Position numbers and translations under genes: made by a program. From assembly GCA_963755125.1 (NCBI GenBank), contig CAVWIP010000011.1:32001-96000 (forward strand): DNA of 64,000 nt. The letters run 5' to 3'. The DNA comes from an uncultured delta proteobacterium (GTDB lineage Bacteria > Myxococcota_A > Polyangia > Fen-1088). The first letter of the stretch is position 1, and each line of letters starts with the position of its first letter. Below are positions 41,171-52,155 of this stretch, piece after piece. The notes below the pieces were generated by a model that did not search any database, was not told the origin of the DNA, and was given only the letters and a program-made list of their open reading frames with translations.

Positions 41171-41686
41171 ATGGCTGAGCTGACGCCCAAGGAACGGCTC
41201 TCACCTTCTTTGCTCGATCGACTGACCGATGACAAGCCTGAGCGGGCGACGGAGTTGCGCGAGTTGCGGATTCTTTCGCCCGCCCGGTTGCGCGAGTGCG
41301 TGCGCCGGGATCTCACCTGGCTCTTCAATACGACGCACATGCAGTCCTTGCAGAATCTCGAAGAATTGCCTCTGGTCGCGCGCTCGGTGCTGAACTACGG
41401 CATTCCCGACTTGGCGGGTCGGACAGCGTCGAGTCTGGACCCAGTTGAGCTGGGACAGATGATCCGTCAAGCCATCCTGAACTTCGAACCCCGCCTGGAT
41501 CGCAATTCGGTGAGGGTGCGCCCCGCCCTGGACGACGGCCAGATGAACCACAATGCCCTGTCTTTCGACGTGGAGGCGGAGCTATGGGCCCAGCCTCTGC
41601 CGTTGCGCCTGTTCCTGCGAACCGCGGTCGATCTGGAGACCGGCAGCGTGGAAGTGACCGACCAGTTCGGCAAGGGGAGCCTGTAA
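41171..41686 (+). CDS. tssE: T6SS baseplate subunit TssE (gp25-like)
   Basis: PSLLDRLTD, RDLTWLFNT, SVLNYGIPD, FEPRL. Confidence 0.95.
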   Translation: MAELTPKERLSPSLLDRLTDDKPERATELRELRILSPARLRECVRRDLTWLFNTTHMQSLQNLEELPLVARSVLNYGIPDLAGRTASSLDPVELGQMIRQAILNFEPRLDRNSVRVRPALDDGQMNHNALSFDVEAELWAQPLPLRLFLRTAVDLETGSVEVTDQFGKGSL

Positions 41687-43554
41687 TGGATCCCCGGGTG
41701 CTGGGCCACTACAACCGTGAGCTACAGTACCTGCGAGAAATGGGCGGGGAGTTCGCCCGCGAGTTCCCCAAGATCGCGGGCCGGCTGGGCCTGGAGTCGT
41801 TGGAGTGTTCCGACCCGTATGTCGAGCGTCTGCTCGAGTCCTTCGCCTTCTTGGCCGCCCGGGTCCAGCTCAAGATCGACGCTGAATTCCCGCGCTTCAG
41901 CCAGCACCTGCTGCAAATGGTCTACCCCCACATTCTGGCGCCCACGCCGTCGATGGCGGTGCTGGAGCTGCAGCCCAATTTGTCCGAAGGCGCGCTGGCC
42001 GATGGCTTTCGCGTCGCGCGCGGGACTGCCTTGCGCAGCCTGGCCGGCCGGAGCGCAGGGACCGCCTGCGAGTACCGCACGGCTCACGAACTGGCGCTGT
42101 GGCCACTGGAATTGGTGGGCGCCGAATACACGTCGTTCTTGGCTGATCTCGGCTCACTCCGGCTTTCTGGCAAAGGCAAGGCGGCGCTGCGGCTGCGACT
42201 GCGTGCCGCGGCCGGGTTGACCATGGATCACCTGGCCCTAGAGAAATTGCCCATCTTCTTGCGCGGCGGCGACGAAATCGCCATGCGACTGTACGAGTTG
42301 TTGATGGCCCACACCGTGACGCTGGTCGCCCGGCCAGGGGGACCGGGCCAACCGGGGTGCCAGGTCATGGCCGATGCAAGTGTGAGCCCGCTGGGGTTCG
42401 ACGACGACCAGGCCTTGCTTCCCTACGGACCACGCTGCTTCCAAGGCTATCGACTGTTGCAGGAATATTTCGCGTTTCCCAGTCGCTACATGTTCTTCGA
42501 CCTTTGCGGGCTGCAACACGCCGTGCGCCGTTGCACCGACACCGAGCTGGAGATCATCGTCGTCTTCGACACCCAGGATCCGCGCCTGGAAAAGGCGGTC
42601 GGTCTCTCCCAGTTCGCACTCTTCTGTGCACCCGCGGTGAATCTGTTTCCCCGGCGTGCCGATCGCATCCACCTGGGCGCGAGCGCCAGCGAGTACCACG
42701 TAGTGCCTGACCGGACTCGGCCCATGGATTTCGAGGTCCACGCCGTTACCGAGGTAGTCGGCTATGGCACCGGCAGCGACGAGAAGCAGGAGTTTCTGCC
42801 CCTTTATGCGACCAATGACCAATCACCCGCGGCCGGCAGGGCCTACTACACCGTGCACCGCCAACCACGCTTGCTCTCGGCCAAGCAGCGCGCGCAAGGA
42901 GCTCGTTCGAGCTATGCAGGCAGCGAGGTATTCTTGGCCTTGGTCGATCCCGACGAGGCGCCCTTCCCATCGCGGCTCAAGCAGCTCGCGGTGGCCGTGA
43001 CCTGCACCAACCGCGATCTGCCGCTGCACCTGCCGCTCGGCCAGGGCTCAAGCGATTTCTCGCTGGAAACCGGCGCTCCGGTGGCGGCGGTTCGCTGCGT
43101 GGCGGGCCCGACTCCCCCGCGCGCCTCGTGCGCCCACGGGGATCCGACCTGGAGGTTGATCAGCCACCTGTCGCTCAACTACCTGTCTCTCACCGACGCC
43201 GCGGACGGTGGCGGGGCCTCCGCCCTGCGTGAACTGCTTGCTCTCTACGGCGATTCGGGCGATGCGGTGATCCGCCGACAGATCGAGGGCGTCCGCTCGG
43301 TCGCGTCGCAGCCGGTGACCAGGCGCTTGCCCTTGCCGGGACCGGCCGCCTTCGCTCGCGGCACCGAGGTCACGCTCACCTGCGACGAAACTGCCTTCGA
43401 GGGAATGGGCGTCTTTCTCCTGGGGGCCGTGCTGGAACGATTCTTCAGCAAGTACACCTCCATCAACTCCTTCACCGAGACTGCGCTTCACACGGTACAG
43501 CGCGGGGAAATTGCCCGATGGCCAGCCCGGCTGGGACGCCGCCCGTTGCTGTAG
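41686..43554 (+). CDS. tssF: T6SS baseplate subunit TssF
   Basis: YNRELQYLRE...DPYVERLLESFAFL, LLQEYFAFP, CTNRDLP, SINSFTE. Its ATG overlaps the tssE stop. Confidence 0.97.
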   Translation: MDPRVLGHYNRELQYLREMGGEFAREFPKIAGRLGLESLECSDPYVERLLESFAFLAARVQLKIDAEFPRFSQHLLQMVYPHILAPTPSMAVLELQPNLSEGALADGFRVARGTALRSLAGRSAGTACEYRTAHELALWPLELVGAEYTSFLADLGSLRLSGKGKAALRLRLRAAAGLTMDHLALEKLPIFLRGGDEIAMRLYELLMAHTVTLVARPGGPGQPGCQVMADASVSPLGFDDDQALLPYGPRCFQGYRLLQEYFAFPSRYMFFDLCGLQHAVRRCTDTELEIIVVFDTQDPRLEKAVGLSQFALFCAPAVNLFPRRADRIHLGASASEYHVVPDRTRPMDFEVHAVTEVVGYGTGSDEKQEFLPLYATNDQSPAAGRAYYTVHRQPRLLSAKQRAQGARSSYAGSEVFLALVDPDEAPFPSRLKQLAVAVTCTNRDLPLHLPLGQGSSDFSLETGAPVAAVRCVAGPTPPRASCAHGDPTWRLISHLSLNYLSLTDAADGGGASALRELLALYGDSGDAVIRRQIEGVRSVASQPVTRRLPLPGPAAFARGTEVTLTCDETAFEGMGVFLLGAVLERFFSKYTSINSFTETALHTVQRGEIARWPARLGRRPLL

Positions 43555-44630
43555 AAGATCCCGCAGCGGGCACTTCCCCTGGCACCGGGGAACTGCTGCG
43601 CACGCTGGAAGGCGCGCCCCATCGATTCGATTTCTTCGATGTGTTGCGACGTTTCGAGTGCGCCTATCCGCAAAGCGCGCGTCTCGGTCGAGCCGCGCGC
43701 CCGTCCGACGAACCGATCCGACTGGGCCAGGAACCGTCCCTAGAATTTGCTCCATCGACAGTGGCGTCTTTCACGCCGGCCGCTGGTGGCACACCGCCGT
43801 GTCTTTCGCTGCACTTTCTCGGGTTGCTTGGTCCCAACGGGCCGTTGCCCATCCACCTGACCGACTATGCGCGCGATCGCGTGCGCAACGCGGGTGACTT
43901 TGCGCTGGTCCGCTTCCTCGACATCTTTCACCACCGGATGCTCGCGCTCTTCTATCGCGCCTGGGCCGACGCCCAGCCCACGGTCAGCCTCGATAGGCCG
44001 GCCCAAGACCGATTCTCCACCTACGTCGGGTCTTTGCTGGGCCTGGGAATGCCGTCGCTTCGCCATCGCGACGAGTTCCCGGACCGGGCCAAGCTGCACT
44101 TCGCCGGCCGCTTCGCCGCGCAGCCGCGCAACTGTGAGGGATTGACCGCGATACTGGACGCCTTCTTTGTCTTGCCGGTCACCGTGGAAGAGTTCGTGGG
44201 CGAATGGTTGACTCTGCCCGAGAAAACGCGCTGGCGGCTGGGGCGCAGCCTCCCATCCGGAATTCTGGGCCAGAGCACGGTGGCTGGCGCGCGGACCTGG
44301 CAGCGTCAAGGCAAGTTCCGCATCGTGTTCGGGCCGCTGCACGAGGACGACTTCCACAGCCTGTTGCCCGGCCAGGCAAGGTTGCGGCGCCTGGTCGCGC
44401 TGGTGCGCAACTACGTCGGCGATTCACTGAACTGGGATGTACGGCTTCATCTTGCGGATCGGGTGACAAGACCATTCCGTCTGGGCTGTGCCGCGCGGCT
44501 GGGCTGGACCTCGTGGCTGGGGCGATGCCCGCAGGGCGAGCGCCGGCAAGATGTGATCCTGAACCCACTGAGGCAAGACGCGGCTGCAGTGTCCGGCCTG
44601 AAAAACAGCAGGAGTATTGAGAATGTCTGA
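43518..44630 (+). CDS. tssG: T6SS baseplate subunit TssG
   Basis: FDFF..LR, GLLGPNGPLP.HLT, FLDIFHHR, LGWTSWLG. Confidence 0.96.
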   Translation: MASPAGTPPVAVEDPAAGTSPGTGELLRTLEGAPHRFDFFDVLRRFECAYPQSARLGRAARPSDEPIRLGQEPSLEFAPSTVASFTPAAGGTPPCLSLHFLGLLGPNGPLPIHLTDYARDRVRNAGDFALVRFLDIFHHRMLALFYRAWADAQPTVSLDRPAQDRFSTYVGSLLGLGMPSLRHRDEFPDRAKLHFAGRFAAQPRNCEGLTAILDAFFVLPVTVEEFVGEWLTLPEKTRWRLGRSLPSGILGQSTVAGARTWQRQGKFRIVFGPLHEDDFHSLLPGQARLRRLVALVRNYVGDSLNWDVRLHLADRVTRPFRLGCAARLGWTSWLGRCPQGERRQDVILNPLRQDAAAVSGLKNSRSIENV

Positions 44631-47274
44631 AATCGCGCGCGTTTCTCTTTTCGGCAAGCTGAACAGCCTGGGCTACAAGGCCATCGAAAGCGCCACTGTC
44701 TTCTGCAAGCTGCGTGGCAACCCCTATGTCGAACTGGTCCACTGGCTCAATCAGATCCTGCAATTGCCGGACTCGGATCTGCACCACATCCTGCATGAGT
44801 TTCGCATCGATTCTTCGCGCCTGGCGCGCGACCTGACAGCGACCCTGGACCAGCTTCCGCGCGGGGCCACCTCGATCTCTGATCTGTCCTCCCATATCGA
44901 GGAGGCGGTCGAGCGCGGGTGGGTGTACGCGACCCTGCTTTTCGGCGAGTCGCAGGTGCGAACCGGGCACCTGGCAGTGGGAATCCTAAAGACTCCGAGT
45001 CTCAGAAATTCCCTTTCTGCCATTTCGCGCGAGTTCGACAAGGTGAAGGTCGAGCAGCTGACCGACCGATGGAGCGCCATCGTGAAGGGCTCGCCCGAGG
45101 AAGCCATGAGCGCAAGCGACGAGTTCCGGGTCTGCGCTTCGCCCGGGGAATCCATCGCGGCCATGGCCCCGGCTGCCCTGGGCAAACAAGAAGCGCTGCA
45201 CAGATTCTCGGTTGACCTGACCGAGCGCGCGCGAAATGGAGAGATAGATTCCATCGTGGGGCGTGACGAGGAAATCCGGCAGATCGTCGACATCCTCATG
45301 CGCCGGCGGCAGAACAACCCCATCCTCACCGGCGAAGCCGGGGTTGGCAAGACCGCGGTGGTCGAGGGGTTCGCCCAGCGCATTGCCAGCGGCGACGTGC
45401 CCTTGCCTCTGCGGGACGTGTCGCTGCGGGCGCTGGACATCGGACTGCTGCAAGCCGGCGCCAGCATGAAGGGCGAGTTCGAGAATCGCCTGCGCCAGCT
45501 CATCGACGAGGTTCAGGCATCAGCGCAACCGATCATCCTGTTCATCGACGAGGCCCATACCTTGATCGGTGCCGGCGGCGCCGCGGGCACAGGCGACGCG
45601 GCCAACCTGCTTAAGCCGGCCCTGGCGCGCGGCCAACTGCGCACCATCGCGGCCACCACCTGGGCCGAGTACAAGAAGCACATCGAGAAGGATCCGGCGC
45701 TCACCCGGCGGTTCCAGGTGGTGCAGGTGGGCGAGCCCGACGAGGCCAAAGCACTGCTCATGATGCGAGGGACGGCATCCGCGCTGGAGAAGCACCATCG
45801 AGTTCTCGTACTCGACGAGGCGCTCGAAACGGCGGTCAAGCTGTCCCGCCGGTACATTCCGGCCCGCCAGTTGCCCGACAAGGCGGTCAGCCTGCTCGAC
45901 ACCTGCTGTGCGCGAGTCGCCATCAGTCAGCACGCAGTGCCGGCCGAGGTCGAGGACAGCCGCCGCCGTATCCAGGGCCTGGAGACCGAGTTGGAGATCA
46001 TTCTTCGAGAAGCGGCCTTGGGCATGACTGGCGACGCTGGTCACGAAAGGATCGTTCAAGACAAACTGGAAGCGGAAAGGCAACGGCTGGCCGGCCTGGA
46101 GCAGCGCTGGGCCGCGGAGAAGAAGCTGGTCGATCGCATTCTCGATCTGCGGAGCAAGCTGCGGGGAAGCCCTGAGTCGCCCGAGCGAAGCGCCTGGCTG
46201 GACGAACTACACATGGCCCAGGCTGCGCTCGGCAAGCTGCAGGGCGAGCAACCCTTGATTCTGCCCACCGTGGATCAGCAGGTGGTGGCTTCCGTGGTGG
46301 GCGATTGGACCGGCATCCCGGTGGGCCGCATGGTGAAGAACGAGATCGAGACCGTGCTGAGGCTGGCCGAGACCCTCGGCCAACGCGTGCTCGGCCAGGG
46401 CCACGCCCTGGACATGATTGCCCGCCGGATCCAGACCTCGCGCGCCGGGATCGAAAACCCCAGCAAGCCCGTCGGTGTGTTCATGCTGGCCGGACCTTCC
46501 GGCGTCGGAAAAACCGAGACCGCGCTGGCCCTGGCTGAGACGTTGTATGGAGGCGAGCAGAACGCCATCACGATCAACATGAGCGAATTCCAGGAGGCGC
46601 ACAGCGTGTCCACGCTCAAGGGCGCGCCCCCTGGCTACGTCGGCTACGGCGAGGGCGGCGTGCTGACCGAGGCGGTCCGGCGCCGCCCCTACAGCGTGGT
46701 GCTGCTCGACGAGGTGGAAAAAGCCCATCCCGACGTACACGAGATCTTCTTCCAGGTCTTTGACAAGGGCTGGATGGAAGACGGCGAAGGCCGGGGCATC
46801 GATTTCAAGAACACCCTGATCTTCCTCACCACCAATGTGGGCAGCGAGCTGATCCTCGGCCTTTGCAAAGATCCCGACGCGCGGCCCGATCCCGAGCAGA
46901 TCGCTCGGGCGTTGCGCAAGCCGCTGCTGCGAGCCTTCCCCGCGGCCCTTCTCGGCCGCATGGTCACCATCCCCTACTATCCGCTCAGCGACCAAATGAT
47001 CGGCAACATCGCACGCTTGCAGCTCGACCGCGTGGCCAGGCGCGTACAGGAGAGCCACCGCATCCCGTTCAGCTACGACAACGCGGTCGTGAAGCTGATC
47101 GCCGACCGTTGCACCGAGTTGGAGAGCGGCGGTCGCATGATCGACTCGATCCTGACCAACACCCTGCTGCCCCGGATCAGCCAGGAGCTGCTCACCCGCA
47201 TGATGGAGGCCAGGCCCGTCACCAGAATCGCGACGACTGTGACCGGCGGCGAATTACAGTTCGCGTTTGATTGA
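44623..47274 (+). CDS. tssH: T6SS AAA+ ATPase ClpV
   Basis: LFGKLN N-terminus, [27 protein letters not shown], two AAA+ modules. Confidence 0.97.
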   Translation: MSEIARVSLFGKLNSLGYKAIESATVFCKLRGNPYVELVHWLNQILQLPDSDLHHILHEFRIDSSRLARDLTATLDQLPRGATSISDLSSHIEEAVERGWVYATLLFGESQVRTGHLAVGILKTPSLRNSLSAISREFDKVKVEQLTDRWSAIVKGSPEEAMSASDEFRVCASPGESIAAMAPAALGKQEALHRFSVDLTERARNGEIDSIVGRDEEIRQIVDILMRRRQNNPILTGEAGVGKTAVVEGFAQRIASGDVPLPLRDVSLRALDIGLLQAGASMKGEFENRLRQLIDEVQASAQPIILFIDEAHTLIGAGGAAGTGDAANLLKPALARGQLRTIAATTWAEYKKHIEKDPALTRRFQVVQVGEPDEAKALLMMRGTASALEKHHRVLVLDEALETAVKLSRRYIPARQLPDKAVSLLDTCCARVAISQHAVPAEVEDSRRRIQGLETELEIILREAALGMTGDAGHERIVQDKLEAERQRLAGLEQRWAAEKKLVDRILDLRSKLRGSPESPERSAWLDELHMAQAALGKLQGEQPLILPTVDQQVVASVVGDWTGIPVGRMVKNEIETVLRLAETLGQRVLGQGHALDMIARRIQTSRAGIENPSKPVGVFMLAGPSGVGKTETALALAETLYGGEQNAITINMSEFQEAHSVSTLKGAPPGYVGYGEGGVLTEAVRRRPYSVVLLDEVEKAHPDVHEIFFQVFDKGWMEDGEGRGIDFKNTLIFLTTNVGSELILGLCKDPDARPDPEQIARALRKPLLRAFPAALLGRMVTIPYYPLSDQMIGNIARLQLDRVARRVQESHRIPFSYDNAVVKLIADRCTELESGGRMIDSILTNTLLPRISQELLTRMMEARPVTRIATTVTGGELQFAFD

Positions 47275-47356
47275 TTGCCAGCAAGAAGAACCGCGTGCTG
47301 CGGCTGGCCGAACTGGCGGCACCTCGACCAGTGCGTATTGGAGTAAACTGTCAGTC

Positions 47357-48751
47357 ATGGGCGAACAAGCGTCGTCAGAGAAGTCCCTTCCGCTCAAGTT
47401 GCGCACTCACGCTCCGATCCTTCTGGCAGCAACTCTGTTCGGCTGTGGTTCATCGGGTAGCAACTCGGTCGGCGCGCAGGATGCGAGCGCAGGTGGCACC
47501 GCTGGATCCAGCAGCGCGGCCGTGGCCGGCGCTGGTGGTGGCGGCGCAGCGGGAGCCAGCAGTGCGACCGTGGCCGGTTCCAGTGGCGGTGGTTCGACTG
47601 GCACGTGCCTGGGCGCGCAGGTGCTGGCCGATCTGGGCAAGGCGCATGTGCTGGCCGGCGCTTCGATGGAGGACGCGACAGCGGCCACGGTGAAGGCCGA
47701 CCTGCGCTACCAGTATCTTTCTGGTGGGATCTTCGACGGCACCTCGCCCTGCACCTCGTGCGCATCGGGCTGCACGACCAATGGAACTTCCTGCGCGAAC
47801 ACCGTGGGCTGCGCCTGGTGGGGTTGCTGGCAGTACGACCAGGATCCGCCCGGCGCCTATGTTCGCAACTTCGTGTCCACGGCCAAGGGCAACAGCCAGA
47901 TCCCCATGTTCACCTACTACCAGATTCTGCAAGCCAGCGGCGCGACCGAGGACGCCGGCGAGGTTGCCGCGGCCAACAACGCCGCTTTCATGGCGCGGTA
48001 TTTTGCCGACTTTCGTTTCGTCTTGCAGAACATCGGCAGCGACACCGCCCTGGTACACATCGAGCCCGATTTCTGGGGCTATGCCGAGCAGGTGAACAGC
48101 AATCCGCACTCGATCCCGGCCGCGGTCGCCTCGGCCAACTCCACTGACTGCGCCGGCACCGAGAACAGCATCGCGGGCCTGGGCAATTGCGTAATCGCGA
48201 TGGCGCGCAAGTACGCCCCCAAGGTGCGCATCGGCCTGCACGGCTCGGGCTGGGGCACCGACATCGACGTGCTGGCCAATACCAGCGCCTCGCTCAACGT
48301 ACCCGCCGAGGCCAAGAAACTGGCGGATTTCCTGGTCGCCTGCGGAGCCGCCACCGGCGACTTCATCGTGGTCGACGCCAGCGATCGCGACGCCGGCTAC
48401 TATCAGAGCATCGGCCGCAACACCTGGTGGGACGCAACCAACGCCACCCTGCCCGACTTCACCCAGGCCTTCACCTGGGCCAAGGCCCTGGCCGAAGAGG
48501 CCGGCACCGGCGTGCTATGGTGGCAGCTTCCGGTGGGCAACATGAACCTGCCCAACCAGACCAACGCCTGGAAGGACAACCGCGTGGACTACTTTTTCGG
48601 CCACACCGACGAGCTGGCGGCCAGTCACTCCGTCGGGATGGCGTTCGGCGCCGGCGATGCCAACCAGACCACGCCCGAGACCGACGGGGGCAACCTGGTG
48701 TCCAAGCTGAACGCCTACGCCGCCTCCGGCGGACAGGCCTACTGTCCCTAG
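47357..48751 (+). CDS. Lipoprotein with a putative TIM-barrel glycoside-hydrolase-like domain
   Basis: Lipobox LFGC, Gly/Ser linker, RYQYLSGG, PMFTYYQ, HIEPDFWGY, WWQLP.G; Cys-rich insert. Family not assigned. Confidence 0.65.
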   Translation: MGEQASSEKSLPLKLRTHAPILLAATLFGCGSSGSNSVGAQDASAGGTAGSSSAAVAGAGGGGAAGASSATVAGSSGGGSTGTCLGAQVLADLGKAHVLAGASMEDATAATVKADLRYQYLSGGIFDGTSPCTSCASGCTTNGTSCANTVGCAWWGCWQYDQDPPGAYVRNFVSTAKGNSQIPMFTYYQILQASGATEDAGEVAAANNAAFMARYFADFRFVLQNIGSDTALVHIEPDFWGYAEQVNSNPHSIPAAVASANSTDCAGTENSIAGLGNCVIAMARKYAPKVRIGLHGSGWGTDIDVLANTSASLNVPAEAKKLADFLVACGAATGDFIVVDASDRDAGYYQSIGRNTWWDATNATLPDFTQAFTWAKALAEEAGTGVLWWQLPVGNMNLPNQTNAWKDNRVDYFFGHTDELAASHSVGMAFGAGDANQTTPETDGGNLVSKLNAYAASGGQAYCP

Positions 48752-48991
48752 CGCCGCCGGTCAAAAATTGTCGAGGGGAGAGGCGATCGAGGCGCCCGGC
48801 CGCTGCGCGGCCGCTGCCTGATCTGCAGCAACATCCTCGCGAAGAACAAAGACAGAATTTGCCGCCATTCGGACGACAGATGGGTCGTTCTCGTGACAAT
48901 CCCGCGACGGGAACGTCAACCTTGCCGAAGCCTTTTTATTGGTCTTCTTTTGGTTTGACTGGCCACAGAAAGAAAGACTAGAAGGCCAGCC

Positions 48992-50575
48992 ATGCACACT
49001 TCCATCCGCACGCACGTTGGTTCGAAAAACTCTGGCTGTCTCTTCGGTCTGGCCTTGCTCGGCATGCTCGGCGCCTGCACGGGGCGGAGCCCGGGCAAGA
49101 GCGTGGAAACTTCGCAGGAAGCGCTCACCGGCTCGTTCGCGATCTCGGGCGCGGTGACATCGTCGAAGGGTCCTGTCGTGGGTGCGACGGTGAAATTGGC
49201 AGGGTCGGAATCCCGGACTGCTTTCTCCGATGCGACCGGGCACTACTCGATTCCCGGGCTCGGCGTCGGCAGCTATCAGCTCTCGGCGTCCGCCAGTTCC
49301 ACCTGCACGAGCTCGACGGTGCCACTCAACAACATGAACGCCAGCGTGACGGTCGACCTCGGATTGACCGGGACCGGCTGCGCATCGTTCGTCGGGGTGC
49401 TCGGGCCGACCGGTCCGGCGGGTCCGGCTGGTGCGCAGGGAAAGACTGGCGCGACTGGCGCGCAGGGGCCTGCGGGTGCGATCGGGCCCGCGGGTGCGGT
49501 CGGACCTGCAGGTGCGATGGGACCTGCGGGTCCGCAAGGCGTTCCGGGCGTCCCGGGTCCACAAGGAGCCCCTGGGACTCCGGGGGCAGCCGGGCCTCAG
49601 GGCGCAGCAGGTCCGGCAGGTCCGGCAGGTCCAGCGGGCGCAGCCGGCCCGCAGGGCGCGACAGGTCCGCAGGGTCCGACCGGCCCCTCGGGAACTGCGA
49701 CACCACCACTCGTGGTCATTGGCTCAATGAGCTTCGGTACCTTGGTGACCAGCGCGCCAATCCGCACGTTCAGCCAGCGGGTGGACGTTCCGTGGGGTCT
49801 TTCCGGGCCAACAGGACAGGCGCAGCTTTCCGCGATCCAGATCAGCCGCGACACCGACGTCTCGAGTCCGAACCTCGCCCTCATCGCAGCGAACCAACAG
49901 GCGACTTCCACGGCGCAAATCGTACTTGCCGGGGGCGCCCTTACCATCGGGTTGACCAACGTCATTCTCACTCAGTTCAGCACCGATTCGACCCAGGATG
50001 GCGCGCCCATCGAGCAGCTCACGCTGATCTTTACCAAGGAAACCTGGAGCTACGGCTCGTCGACGGTCACCTACGACCCCTCCTCGGAAAACGGCGGCAG
50101 CGGCGGCGGCCCCGTGGGCCCCAAGTTCGTGTTTTTCGGTCAAGGCGTCGACCCAAGCAGCTTCTCAAGTGAAACCCCCTTCTCCAAGCTCGTCATGTCG
50201 CTGACCAGCCCGACCGGCACCGGCCCGGGTTCTGGCTTGGCCGGCAACACGGTATTTTCCCCACTGACGCTGGTAACCGGCGTTTCTGTGCAGACGCTTA
50301 GCGAGTTGGGCGCCGCCTTACGCCAGACCACCACTCAAGCTGTGACTGCTCATTTCACGGCGCTCGACAACAACAACGCGATCGTCGATCGCATGCGGTA
50401 CGACATGCAGAACGTTCAGGTGAGCACGGTGGCGATCGACACCGCCCCGGACGGAACGCTCCAGGACACCGTGGGATTCCAGCCTGCCAAGATCACGTGG
50501 ACCGCGCAGTCACTCACCGGCGGTCCGAATGTGACGACTACGTGGAACATCGCCGGCGGGGGCCCAAGTCACTAG
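48992..50575 (+). CDS. Lipoprotein: carboxypeptidase-regulatory-like domain, collagen stalk and two Hcp-like domains
   Basis: Lipobox LGAC; ISGAVT...GATVKL...[14 protein letters not shown]; 34 Gly-X-Y triplets; two C-terminal Hcp-like segments. Confidence 0.8.
   Translation: MHTSIRTHVGSKNSGCLFGLALLGMLGACTGRSPGKSVETSQEALTGSFAISGAVTSSKGPVVGATVKLAGSESRTAFSDATGHYSIPGLGVGSYQLSASASSTCTSSTVPLNNMNASVTVDLGLTGTGCASFVGVLGPTGPAGPAGAQGKTGATGAQGPAGAIGPAGAVGPAGAMGPAGPQGVPGVPGPQGAPGTPGAAGPQGAAGPAGPAGPAGAAGPQGATGPQGPTGPSGTATPPLVVIGSMSFGTLVTSAPIRTFSQRVDVPWGLSGPTGQAQLSAIQISRDTDVSSPNLALIAANQQATSTAQIVLAGGALTIGLTNVILTQFSTDSTQDGAPIEQLTLIFTKETWSYGSSTVTYDPSSENGGSGGGPVGPKFVFFGQGVDPSSFSSETPFSKLVMSLTSPTGTGPGSGLAGNTVFSPLTLVTGVSVQTLSELGAALRQTTTQAVTAHFTALDNNNAIVDRMRYDMQNVQVSTVAIDTAPDGTLQDTVGFQPAKITWTAQSLTGGPNVTTTWNIAGGGPSH
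49394..49699 (+). repeat. Collagen-like (Gly-X-Y)34 coding repeat
   Basis: Uninterrupted triplets counted from GVL to GTA. Confidence 0.95.
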
Positions 50576-50856
50576 ACTTGATGGCACCGCGATCATCACG
50601 CTCACATCGGCTGGGGTGGTCCCCACCAATGACGGCGCCGAGTGTGGCACGCCCGCCGCGCGCTAGGGCCTCCGGTCAGAAGTTGTGGAGGGGAGGGGCG
50701 GCCGAGCCGAAGTGCAAGCTGGCGGCATCCTGGGTCGAGTAGCCGATAGCCGCTCTGCCCCCTGGCTTCCTGCCTGCGTTTTGCCCCGAGATCCGCTACT
50801 ATCTGCCCGCGCGCCCCACCGGGGCTGCGATGAACCACCAGCGAGAGGCAGACACC

Positions 50857-52122
50857 ATGGCGACCAAGACCCTTGCAGATATCAACGTCAGCGGCAAGAC
50901 CGTGCTCATGCGCGTGGATTTCAACGTGCCCCTGAAGGGCGGCCAGATCACCGACGACCGGCGCATCCGCGCCGCGCTTCCCAGCATCAAGCAGGTGCTG
51001 GACCAGGGCGGCAAGTTGGTACTGATGAGCCACCTGGGCCGGCCCGACGGCGCCTTCGATCCAGAGGGCAGCCTCAAGCCCTGCGCCGCGCGCCTGGGCG
51101 ACCTGCTGGGCAAGCCGGTGAAGCTCGGGCCCAAAGAGGTCATCGGTCCGGCCGCCGAGGCTCTGGTGGCTTCGCTCAAGCCGGGCGATGTGGCCCTGCT
51201 GGAGAATGTGCGCTTCAACGCGGGCGAAACCATGCCCGACAAGGCTAAGAAGAATCCCGACAAGAAGCTGACGGCAGAGCAGCAGAAGACCCACGACGAT
51301 TTCGTCGCCGGACTGGCCAAGCTGGGCGACGTGTACGTCAACGACGCCTTTGGCACCTGTCACCGCAAGCACGCCAGCATGTACGGCACGGCCAAAGCCA
51401 TCCAGAAGAAGGGCGGCACCGCGGTGGCCGGGTATCTGGTGGAGAAGGAGATTCGCTACCTGCACGAGGCGGTGTCCAGCCCCAAGCGGCCCTTCGTGGC
51501 CATCCTGGGAGGGGCCAAGGTCAGCGACAAGATCAAGCTCATCTCCAACCTGCTCGGCAAGGTGGACCACATCCTCATCGGCGGGGCCATGGCATACACA
51601 CTGCTGAAGGCACGCGGCGTGGCCGTGGGCAAGAGCCGGGTCGAGGAAGATCAGGTCGAGGAGATGAAAAAGCTTCTCGGACAGGCGGGCGGCAAGATCG
51701 TGCTGCCCTGCGATCACAGCGCGGCGGCCAACTTCGACTTCAAGGCCATGACCGGCGACAAGCCCACGGTAGTACCCGGCGCCGCGATTCCCGACGGGCT
51801 GATGGGAATGGACATCGGACCCAAGACCGTGGCTGCCTTCGGCGACATCATCGGCAAGGCCGGCACCATCGTGTGGAACGGCCCCATGGGCGTGTTCGAG
51901 GCCCCGGACTACGCGGCCGGCACCCTGGCTGTGGCCAAGGCGATCGCGGCGGCCACTGGCCGTGGCGCCATCACGGTCATCGGCGGCGGCGACTCGGCCG
52001 CAGCGGTCGAGAAGATGGGCCTGGCTGACAAGATGACCCACGTCTCCACCGGCGGCGGCGCCAGCCTGGAGTACCTGGAAGGCAAGACCATGCCGCCGAT
52101 TGAAGTGCTCGACCAGAAGTAG
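50857..52122 (+). CDS. pgk: Phosphoglycerate kinase
   Basis: [51 protein letters not shown]. Confidence 0.98.
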   Translation: MATKTLADINVSGKTVLMRVDFNVPLKGGQITDDRRIRAALPSIKQVLDQGGKLVLMSHLGRPDGAFDPEGSLKPCAARLGDLLGKPVKLGPKEVIGPAAEALVASLKPGDVALLENVRFNAGETMPDKAKKNPDKKLTAEQQKTHDDFVAGLAKLGDVYVNDAFGTCHRKHASMYGTAKAIQKKGGTAVAGYLVEKEIRYLHEAVSSPKRPFVAILGGAKVSDKIKLISNLLGKVDHILIGGAMAYTLLKARGVAVGKSRVEEDQVEEMKKLLGQAGGKIVLPCDHSAAANFDFKAMTGDKPTVVPGAAIPDGLMGMDIGPKTVAAFGDIIGKAGTIVWNGPMGVFEAPDYAAGTLAVAKAIAAATGRGAITVIGGGDSAAAVEKMGLADKMTHVSTGGGASLEYLEGKTMPPIEVLDQK

Positions 52123-52155
52123 CAGGCCGAGGAGGGCGGATCAAACGCCTATTGG

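Noticed and set aside
37515..47274. Prophage tail or extracellular contractile injection system (eCIS/tailocin)
   Set aside because: The split TssB/TssC sheath, TssA and ClpV identify a T6SS; there are no capsid, tape-measure or lysis genes.
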